Shown here: positions 8,638 to 15,605 of the stretch, piece after piece
Numbering within the stretch: the stretch's first letter is position 1
Layout: the number at the start of each line of letters is the position of its first letter
Source of the DNA: Solirubrobacterales bacterium
GTDB lineage: Bacteria; Actinomycetota; Thermoleophilia; Solirubrobacterales; 70-9
Assembly (NCBI GenBank): GCA_036376215.1
Contig: DASVAT010000016.1
Coordinates: forward strand, 135,766-199,765
Direction: 5' to 3'
Length of the DNA: 64,000 bases
The notes under the pieces: generated by a model
Seen by the model: only the letters and a program-made list of their open reading frames with translations
Database searches by the model: none
What the model was told of the DNA's origin: nothing
Made by a program: the position numbers and the translations under genes

Positions 8638-9842
8638 CCGGCCACGTGGCGTGGACGGAGGCGCCTGCTCGCCAGCCTACGAGTCCCTCGGATCAGCGCA
8701 TAGGAGCCGAGGGCCAGCGTCAGGGTCCCGGTCACGGTCAGGCCCCAGCGGACGGGGATCGCCAGGTCGGTGGTCGAGAGCGAGCTCTGCAGGGCGACCA
8801 GGAACGGGATGTGGATCAGGTAGATCCAGAAGCTCGCGTCCGACAGGTAGCGCAGCACCCGCGACTCCTTGCGTACGTAGCGAGCCAGCACCCCCCAGAG
8901 GCCGAACAGGGTGAGCCAGCAGACGATGCCGACGGTGAACAGCCCGTAGAGGCGCAGCGCGTCGATTTCGGCAAGCACGCCCGGCGTGCCGACGTTGCCG
9001 GTGAAGTCGCCGTTGTCGTAGAAGAGGAGAAAGGCGGGAACCGCGATCGCCGCCCCGGCCGCGAGCCGCAGCCAGGCCCGGTGTTTCAGCTGCTCGATCA
9101 GCTCGCTCTGGCCGCTGAGCAGCCAGCCGAAGAGGAAGAAGAAGCTGTAGTAGGCGAAGAGGGTCGGGGCGGGGATCAGCGAGTTGGAAGCCGCCCCTCC
9201 CGCCACCCAGCCGGTCTTGGTGCTCAGGATCGCGGCGCTGATCGCCGCCAGGGCCGGCACCGCCCACCACGACCTCATCAGCTGGCCGAAGCCGCGGTTG
9301 ATCGCCGCTCCCAGCTGCGGCGCCCGCTGGATCGCCAGCCAGATCCCGATCGCGACCAGGGAGATCATCAGCAGGTAGGCGATGAACCAGAGGTGCCGCG
9401 GCGTCAGGCTGAAGACGTTGGCGAGGTCCAGTTCCCGTTTCGGCGGCAGCTCGCCCTTGCGCGGCCAGAGGGCAGCCGCGCCGATGACGAGGAGGTTGGC
9501 GAGCGGCACCACCGTCAGCATCCCGACGAACAGCGGCACGCCGAGCCGGCGAAAGCGGGCGCGCAGCTGCCGGGCGGCGGTGGACCGGCGCAGCGCGCTG
9601 GCGGCCAGGAAGCCGGAGATGGCGAAGAACAGGGGCATGTGCCAGGCGTGGACGAACCAGACGACGGCGTCGACGATCCTCGGGTCCCCGTCGCCCTTCT
9701 GGATGTAGCGAGCGGCGTGGTAGGGGATCAGGAGCAGAATCGCCGAGACCCGGATGGCATCCAGGTGGTGACTACGCCGGGCTCCGGACTGCGCACGCAG
9801 GGCTTTCTCCTCGATGGATGGTCGCCACGTGAAGTCACGCAC
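8634..9842 (-). CDS. Acyltransferase family 3 (AT3) membrane protein
   Basis: About 10 TM segments. The N-terminal HLDAIRVSAILLLIPYH motif is typical of AT3/OafA-type O-acyltransferases. Confidence 0.8.
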   Translation of the reverse strand: MRDFTWRPSIEEKALRAQSGARRSHHLDAIRVSAILLLIPYHAARYIQKGDGDPRIVDAVVWFVHAWHMPLFFAISGFLAASALRRSTAARQLRARFRRLGVPLFVGMLTVVPLANLLVIGAAALWPRKGELPPKRELDLANVFSLTPRHLWFIAYLLMISLVAIGIWLAIQRAPQLGAAINRGFGQLMRSWWAVPALAAISAAILSTKTGWVAGGAASNSLIPAPTLFAYYSFFFLFGWLLSGQSELIEQLKHRAWLRLAAGAAIAVPAFLLFYDNGDFTGNVGTPGVLAEIDALRLYGLFTVGIVCWLTLFGLWGVLARYVRKESRVLRYLSDASFWIYLIHIPFLVALQSSLSTTDLAIPVRWGLTVTGTLTLALGSYALIRGTRRLASRRLRPRHVAG

Positions 9843-9956
9843 TCCGCTGCCCCGTCGCGATGTTCGGACGGGACCTCGGAGCTATGCCCTCCGCGAACCA
9901 CCTACCCTGCAAACCGCGTTTGACACGAGGAAGCCCCGCCTTATCTGTCGGCCTCC

Positions 9957-10415
9957 TCAGAGGAGATCGGACGGGTCCAGCACGAACACCTCGCACATCA
10001 GGTCGGGCTCCTGCTGGTTGCCGCTCATGAAGCCGATCACCTTGCGGCCGGTCGCCCTTTCGACGACCTCCTCGAAGCGCTCGCGCATCAGCTCCTGGAA
10101 CGCCATCCGCTGCTCGATGACAGCGGAGCCGCGGCCCCCGTCGAGGAGGGTCTGCTCGACCTGGGTGAAGCCACCGCGCAGGACGCAGACGACGAGGTCG
10201 TCCTGGTAGTAGGACTTGGCCTGGGTGGGACCGCGCCCGTAGAACTCCTTCAGCAGCGCGACCAGCCCGTCGGAGATCGCCGTCAGCTCGTCGCCGTGGC
10301 GGCGCTTCGCTTCCGCTGCCGTCTGGCTCTGGGCTGGGTCGAGATCGGGTCGAGGGATACGGCGATGGTAGACCAGCGCGCTACGCTGGTCTAACCGCTC
10401 GTTGGGTTCTTCCAC
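9957..10415 (-). CDS. DUF2294 domain protein
   Basis: ISDGLVALLKEFYGRGPTQAKSYY...VVCVLRGGFTQVEQTL...R.AFQELMRERFEEVVERATGRKV matches the DUF2294 pattern. Confidence 0.7.
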   Translation of the reverse strand: MEEPNERLDQRSALVYHRRIPRPDLDPAQSQTAAEAKRRHGDELTAISDGLVALLKEFYGRGPTQAKSYYQDDLVVCVLRGGFTQVEQTLLDGGRGSAVIEQRMAFQELMRERFEEVVERATGRKVIGFMSGNQQEPDLMCEVFVLDPSDLL

Positions 10416-10465
10416 CCTCTGCCTCGCGCGCGCTCCTAGTCAGAGGACGAGAAAGAAGGCCCGAC

Positions 10466-10837
10466 ATGTCGGCCCCGATCCCACCCCTGAACGGCGACGA
10501 GTTGCTCGCCGCGGTGACCGATTCGATGGTCGCCCTGCACGAGCGCTACTACCACCGCGCCCCGGTGAGCGCCAAGACCCAGATGCTCGGGGAGGACCTC
10601 CTCGCCTGCGTGATGGGCGGCGTCTACACCGAGGTCGAGCAGACGATGATCGAGCTGCAGCGCGGCACCCTGGTACAGGAAACCCGCAGCGCCTTTCAGC
10701 AGGCGATGCAGCAGAGGTTCATCGACGAGGTGGAGCGTCTCTCGGGGCGCGAGGTGATCGCCTTCATATCCAATTCCCACGTCGGCCCCGACATGGAGGT
10801 CGAGCTGTTCATGTTCCGGGACCCGGTCCCTGTCTAG
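10466..10837 (+). CDS. DUF2294 domain protein (divergent paralogue)
   Basis: VTDSMVALHERYYHRAPVSAKTQM...LACVMGGVYTEVEQTM...RSAFQQAMQQRFIDEVERLSGREV aligns with the neighbouring protein. Confidence 0.7.
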   Translation: MSAPIPPLNGDELLAAVTDSMVALHERYYHRAPVSAKTQMLGEDLLACVMGGVYTEVEQTMIELQRGTLVQETRSAFQQAMQQRFIDEVERLSGREVIAFISNSHVGPDMEVELFMFRDPVPV

Positions 10838-10956
10838 GGGTCGACGGGAGCACAGGGCTCCGCTAATCTGATTCGAGGAGGGCATCACTGCGGTCGGCGC
10901 TCAGCCGGCAACACCAAGTGACTTCCGGACCCAGCTGTCGAATCGAGGAGTCCGAA

Positions 10957-11361
10957 ATGTCCCTTCCCACCGCTTCCCTCACTTCATCCAGCGGCCCCGC
11001 TGTCGCGTCGCCGCCCCTCTTCTCCTGCACCCGCAGGGCCGAGGGTCGAGGCTCGATTCGGCTCGTCCTCGCCGGCGAGCTGGACCTCAGCGCCCGCGCC
11101 CACTTCGAGGAGGCGCTGAAGGACGCCCAGTCCGACGCGAACCGCGTCGTCCTCGACCTGCAGGCGCTGACGCTGATCGACTGCGCCTCCCTCTCCGTCC
11201 TCTTCGACGCCGCCCTCGAAGCTCGCCGCCAGGACGCGGTGCTCATCTTGCTCGAGCCTCGCGGGCAGGTGCGGCGCGTGCTCGATCTCACCGGTGCCCC
11301 CAACGGGGTCGCGGTCCTGGAGCGCAGCGACGGCGAACGGCGGGCCGCCGGCGCTTTCTGA
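10957..11361 (+). CDS. STAS-domain protein (anti-sigma-factor antagonist-like)
   Basis: The pattern LAGELDLSARAHFEEAL...VVLDLQALTLIDCASLSVL...RRVLDLTG is typical of SpoIIAA/STAS. GAGGAG lies 6 nt before the ATG at 10957. Confidence 0.75.
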   Translation: MSLPTASLTSSSGPAVASPPLFSCTRRAEGRGSIRLVLAGELDLSARAHFEEALKDAQSDANRVVLDLQALTLIDCASLSVLFDAALEARRQDAVLILLEPRGQVRRVLDLTGAPNGVAVLERSDGERRAAGAF

Positions 11362-11439
11362 GAACACCCGGCCACGGACCAGGGCGATCATGGAGAGCAA
11401 AGGCTCGACTCCCCATCTCGCCCTGCTGCTGGCGGCGCG

Positions 11440-11679
11440 ATGTTCGTCTGCGTGATCGACACGTCGCTGATGAACGATCGAGGCGCTGGTCTCCCGAGCG
11501 CGGAGCGCGGCTGGTATCTCGTCATCCCGCTGATGTTCGCCGGGGCTGGGCTCAACGATGACGCCCGACCCCTGGCCCTCCAGGTCGCCCTTCTCGTCCC
11601 TCTCCTGGCTGCGCTGATCGGCCTTCTCAGCTCCATTCGAATGATGCGCCTTCCCGACCCCGCGCCATTGGCGCGGTAG
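11440..11679 (+). CDS. Hypothetical small hydrophobic protein
   Basis: 79 aa with two hydrophobic stretches. My hand count gives about 80% GC at third codon positions in this frame. No family recognised. Confidence 0.4.
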   Translation: MFVCVIDTSLMNDRGAGLPSAERGWYLVIPLMFAGAGLNDDARPLALQVALLVPLLAALIGLLSSIRMMRLPDPAPLAR

Positions 11680-11736
11680 ATCCCTGCCCACGCATCCTTG
11701 CGCGACGCGGCCGGCCTCTCTGGCATCATCGAGGAC

Positions 11737-11937
11737 GTGGAGCGGCCCCACGTAAAGCTGAGCGGAGACGTCGAAGGTGCCTACGTCGTTGAGGAGACGC
11801 GGAGCGATGGGCGTCTCGTGTTTTCGCCAGATACGTCTGCTCAGGCCATCATGGAGCGTTTGGCCCATGAGCCAACGACCCTCGCAGAGTTCGAAGCCGA
11901 GTACGGGGCCGTGAAGCCGCCTGACGGCGAGGGGTAG
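11737..11937 (+). CDS. Small acidic protein, putative antitoxin (cassette 1)
   Basis: Paralogue of 12790..13008 (shared HV[KR]LSG, G.YVV.E.R.DG.L, PDTS..AI.ER, C-terminal PPDGEG). I chose the GTG at 11737 by alignment with the paralogue N-terminus; the ORF track starts at 11698. Confidence 0.6.
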   Translation: MERPHVKLSGDVEGAYVVEETRSDGRLVFSPDTSAQAIMERLAHEPTTLAEFEAEYGAVKPPDGEG

Positions 11938-11939
11938 TC

Positions 11940-12689
11940 GTGCCGATCAAGCGAGGCTTCGCTTCCGTCGCCTTCGACGAGCTGGCCTGGCATGAGGATC
12001 TGCGCCAGGCAGCGCGAAGCGAATCGGCGAAGAAGCTCGCTTCCGGCTGGAACGCGAGGGTCAAGCAGTCGATGCGCTCTTCGCCTGCGACGAGGATGCG
12101 CGATGGGACCAGTCTCCCTGGCTGCGTCAAGGTCTACCTTCCTCCTCCCGGCGGACCTCTCGGCCTCGTCTTCCGACTCGCCAAAGGGAAGGACGGGCGG
12201 CTCCATCTCGACCATCTGGCATTCGGCGTGCGACACATATACTGGCGGACCCAGTTGATCTCGGATATTGACGGCCTCGTCGCACGGGCGGAAGCTCAGA
12301 CCGACATGGAAGTCCAGTCTGACTACGCCAAATATTTGACGATTCGGGTCCTTGGGCTAGTCGAGCAGGTAGTGGCAGAGATCGTTCTGGCTCACGTCAG
12401 CGCCCAAGCGAGTCCGCCCGTGCTCAGCCACACGACCTGGAAAATGAAGCGCTTCCAGAATCCGAACCCCCAACGTCTAATCGAGCTTGTTGGGTCGTTC
12501 GACCGAAGGTGGGGGGACTCCCTCGAATCCGCCCTAACTAGTAGTTCAGAGCGCGAGGCGCTGGGAAGTATCCGTTCGCAGCGGAATCGCATCGCGCATG
12601 GTGAACCGACGACGATCTCGCTGGTCCAAGTCAAGGGCTACTTTGCCGAAATCAAGTCGATGCTCAATCGGGTCGCAGCTCCTTTCTAG
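11940..12689 (+). CDS. Chimeric protein: RelE/ParE-like N-terminal region fused to a HEPN-like (RNRIAH) C-terminal domain
   Basis: The N-terminal ~98 aa are paralogous to 13012..13374 (RDGTSLPGCVKVYLPPPGGPLGLVFR...LAFGVRH). From about 12237 the GC content drops, and the sequence carries the Rx4H motif RNRIAHG (12582-12602). The GTG start lies 2 nt after the upstream stop. Confidence 0.65.
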   Translation: MPIKRGFASVAFDELAWHEDLRQAARSESAKKLASGWNARVKQSMRSSPATRMRDGTSLPGCVKVYLPPPGGPLGLVFRLAKGKDGRLHLDHLAFGVRHIYWRTQLISDIDGLVARAEAQTDMEVQSDYAKYLTIRVLGLVEQVVAEIVLAHVSAQASPPVLSHTTWKMKRFQNPNPQRLIELVGSFDRRWGDSLESALTSSSEREALGSIRSQRNRIAHGEPTTISLVQVKGYFAEIKSMLNRVAAPF

Positions 12690-12789
12690 GTGCCGAACTG
12701 AGAGGGGGGTCTTCCGCATGAACTTGAGCCGGACGGCCGCTGGGCCTGCGGTTTCAGGATCGGGAGCGTCGTAGATTACGATTCATGGG

Positions 12790-13008
12790 ATGGAGCCTCC
12801 ACGCGACCACGTCCGCCTCAGCGGCGAGCGAGCCGGCGATTACGTCGTCACCGAGGAGCGGCCCGACGGTTCGCTCACCCTCGTGCCCGATACCTCATGG
12901 AAGGCCATCAAGGAGCGCTCCGGCGCCCGGGATGCCACCAAGGAGGAGTGGGAGAGCTTCATGCAGGAGCATGGCCCCAACATGCTCCCCCCCGACGGCG
13001 AGGGGTAG
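12790..13008 (+). CDS. Small acidic protein, putative antitoxin (cassette 2)
   Basis: Paralogue of 11737..11937, with an identical 15-nt 3' end (gacggcgaggggtag). Confidence 0.6.
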   Translation: MEPPRDHVRLSGERAGDYVVTEERPDGSLTLVPDTSWKAIKERSGARDATKEEWESFMQEHGPNMLPPDGEG

Positions 13009-13011
13009 CCG

Positions 13012-13374
13012 TTGACCGACAAGTTGCGGTTCCCGGCTCGCTTCGACGCCGACGCTTTTCGCGAGGACATGGCGGGAGCGACGCCAGCCGGCCGAAGCGC
13101 CGCCGAGATCGCCAAGCGCGACTACGAAGCTAACGGCGTTCCCATGTCGGATCTCCGGTCCTGCGACCCGGAAGGACGCGACGGAACGGTTCTTCCTCAG
13201 TGCCTCAAGCTCTATCTCCCACCGCCGGTGGGGCGTTTCGGGATGGTCTTCAGGTTCGTGGTCGCTAACGACGCGCCTCGACTCGACTACCTCGCCTTCG
13301 GCGTCCGCCATCACCCCGCCGGCTCGAACGCACCGACGGTCTACGAGATCGCCCACCGTCGACTGCACGACTAG
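13012..13374 (+). CDS. RelE/ParE-superfamily-like putative toxin (cassette 2)
   Basis: The TTG start lies 3 nt after the upstream stop. LPQCLKLYLPPPVGRFGMVFRFV...RLDYLAFGVRHHPAGSNAPTVYEIAHRRL resembles the RelE/ParE beta-sheet and C-terminal pattern. This assignment is an inference. Confidence 0.55.
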   Translation: MTDKLRFPARFDADAFREDMAGATPAGRSAAEIAKRDYEANGVPMSDLRSCDPEGRDGTVLPQCLKLYLPPPVGRFGMVFRFVVANDAPRLDYLAFGVRHHPAGSNAPTVYEIAHRRLHD

Positions 13375-13504
13375 GACTCGTCTTAAGCAGCGAGGCCGCA
13401 GGACTGTGGCACCGACTGTGTGGCACGAGGCCAAGAACGGCAGCATGTAGGCGGGGCGGGCAAGGCGCAGTCGCGCGCATTTGGCTCTACGAAGCCCCCA
13501 CAAC

Positions 13505-13534
13505 AGAAAACGCCCCGGCGGGGGAGCCGGGGCG
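13505..13534 (-). terminator. Rho-independent terminator with no annotated gene upstream
   Basis: On the minus strand: cgccccggc / tccccc / gccggggcg followed by ttttct. Confidence 0.65.
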
Positions 13535-13931
13535 CTTCTGGGGTTACTACAGGGAGGAGAGATATGTATCTCTATATATGTGTGGATCCGTGGGAGGTAG
13601 GTGAGCCCGGTTTATGTCGAGTGCGTCGCTGTGGGAAGCAGCGAGGCGATAGTCGACGCGGGGTTCAGCCTTGAAGTCTTTGGTTGATCTCCTTGATCGG
13701 TCTTCCCTTGCGAATCCTTGAACAGCGTACGAACGTATGTGCGACTTGTGTGTGAGTGGGGTCACAGAGATCCTGCAATTGACGGACTCTGCGGCCTCTC
13801 TACCCGATTTGCCCTAGACGACCAGATCAAATTTGGTGATCGGTGGGGCGGCGGGCTCGGCTGAGTGTCGCATCGCATTCTTCAGCTCGAATAAAAGGCC
13901 AGTCCGGGGGCCTCGCTGTAGCTTTCGGCGG

Positions 13932-14720
13932 GTGAGAAAGTCCCGGATAGACGCGGTTTTGGCCGACCGCGGGATCTTTCCGTCCCGCTCGGCGGCGGCG
14001 GGCGCCGTGCGGGCCGGCGAGGTCCGCATCGGCCAGGACGGCCCGGTGGCGCTGCGGCCGAGCCAGCTGGTCGAGCCGGACGCGAACCTGATCGTCGCCG
14101 AGGGCCCGCGCTACGTCTCCCGCGGCGGCACCAAGCTGGAGAACGCGCTCGAGGCGCTGGGGATCGACGTCGCCGGGCGGGGCTGCCTCGACGTCGGCGC
14201 CTCGACCGGCGGCTTCACCGACTGCCTGCTGCAGCGCGGCGCCACCCGGGTGGCCGCGGTCGACGTGGCCTACGGGCAGCTCGACGTGCGCCTGCGGGAG
14301 GATCCACGTGTGCACGCGATCGAGAGGCTGAACGCGCGGGAGCTGGCGCCGGCGAACCTGCCCTTCGTGCCGTCGCTCGCCACGGTCGACGTCTCCTTCA
14401 TCTCCCTGGCCAAGGTGCTGCCGGCGGTGAGCCGCTGCCTGGAGCCCGGAGGGGAGATCCTGGCGATGGTCAAGCCGCAGTTCGAGCTTGGCCGGGACCG
14501 CGTCGGAAAGGGGGTCGTGCGCGACCCCGCCGACCGTCGCGAGGCGATCCTTGCCGTCGCCCTCGCGGCCCGCGATCTGGGCCTGGCGGTGCGCGGCTTC
14601 GCCTCCTCCGGCCTGCCGGGTCCGAAGGGGAACCGGGAGACGTTCGTCTGGTGCGGAGGGAGCGGCGCCGAGGTCGACGACCTCGAAGGGGCGATCGCCG
14701 CCGTCGAGGGGGACGAGTGA
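13932..14720 (+). CDS. tlyA: TlyA-family rRNA (cytidine-2'-O)-methyltransferase
   Basis: S4-like N-terminus RIDAVLADRG, SAM motif DVGASTGGFTD, and MVKPQFE. The GTG at 13932 gives the conserved N-terminus. Confidence 0.9.
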   Translation: MRKSRIDAVLADRGIFPSRSAAAGAVRAGEVRIGQDGPVALRPSQLVEPDANLIVAEGPRYVSRGGTKLENALEALGIDVAGRGCLDVGASTGGFTDCLLQRGATRVAAVDVAYGQLDVRLREDPRVHAIERLNARELAPANLPFVPSLATVDVSFISLAKVLPAVSRCLEPGGEILAMVKPQFELGRDRVGKGVVRDPADRREAILAVALAARDLGLAVRGFASSGLPGPKGNRETFVWCGGSGAEVDDLEGAIAAVEGDE

Positions 14721-15559
14721 AGACCGCCGCCCTGATCACCCACTCGCACCCGCCGAGCGCCTCCGAAGCGGTCGCCGTCGCGGCCGAGGTCGCCCACGAG
14801 GCCGGCTGGCGCCTGGCGGCGACCGAGCAGGAGCTGGAAAAGCACGGCGCCGCCGGCGAGGGCGTCGACGTCACCGCCGAACACACGGTCCCCGACATCT
14901 GCCTCGTGCTGGGCGGCGACGGCTCGATCCTCCACGCGCTGCGCCGCTACGCGCACACCGAAGTCCCCGTCTTCGGCGTCAACTTCGGGACTGTCGGGTT
15001 CCTCGCCGCGGTCGAGCGCGACCAGGCGGCCGAGGGAATCCGCCGCGCGCTCGCCGGCGACTACGAGACGATCCACCTGCCCGGCCTCGAGGTGAAGGTC
15101 GACGGCACCGAGCAGGTGGGGCTGAACGACATCACCCTCGCCCGGCGGCCGCACGACCGCGTCGCCGAGCTCAGCTACCGGATCGCCGGCGAGGAGGTGG
15201 GGCACGTCCGCTGCGACGGCCTCGTCGCCGCCACGCCGGTCGGTTCCACCGGCTACAACCTCGCCAACCAGGGACCGATCCTGGCCTGGGGCGTGAAGGG
15301 CTACGTCGTCAGCTACATCTCGCCGCACTCGCTGACCGCGCGGGCGCTGGTCGTCGCCCCCGGCGACGTCCTCCACGTCGGCAACGCACCCGAACGCGAG
15401 CCGGTCGAGGTCGCGGTCGACGGCGGCAAGATCGCCGACCTCGCCGCCGGCGGTTCGCTGGAGATCCGCTTCCTCGACTCGGTGAGCCGCCTGGCCCAGC
15501 TCCCGGGGACGAGCTTCTACCAGCGCATACGCGAGAAGTTCGGGCATTTAGCGGTCTAA
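14717..15559 (+). CDS. nadK: NAD+ kinase
   Basis: GGDG motif (VLGGDGSILHA), NFGTVGFL, and TPVGSTGYNLA. GTGA overlap with the tlyA stop. Confidence 0.9.
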   Translation: MKTAALITHSHPPSASEAVAVAAEVAHEAGWRLAATEQELEKHGAAGEGVDVTAEHTVPDICLVLGGDGSILHALRRYAHTEVPVFGVNFGTVGFLAAVERDQAAEGIRRALAGDYETIHLPGLEVKVDGTEQVGLNDITLARRPHDRVAELSYRIAGEEVGHVRCDGLVAATPVGSTGYNLANQGPILAWGVKGYVVSYISPHSLTARALVVAPGDVLHVGNAPEREPVEVAVDGGKIADLAAGGSLEIRFLDSVSRLAQLPGTSFYQRIREKFGHLAV

Positions 15560-15605
15560 GGCGACTTCCTCAGCCGAGATAGACGGTTCTCTAGGGTCTG
15601 CCGCC

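Noticed and set aside
13547-13765. A 72-aa minus-strand ORF just upstream of the orphan terminator, considered as a protein gene.
   Set aside because: Mixed third-position composition, no Shine-Dalgarno sequence, and no recognisable motif or hydrophobic segment. It is kept only as part of the candidate non-coding transcript finding.
13925-13950. gagaaagtcccgg, resembling the RNase P RNA CR-I box (GAGGAAAGUCCGGGC).
   Set aside because: It coincides with the first codons of tlyA (VRKSRIDAV...). None of the other RNase P conserved regions are nearby.
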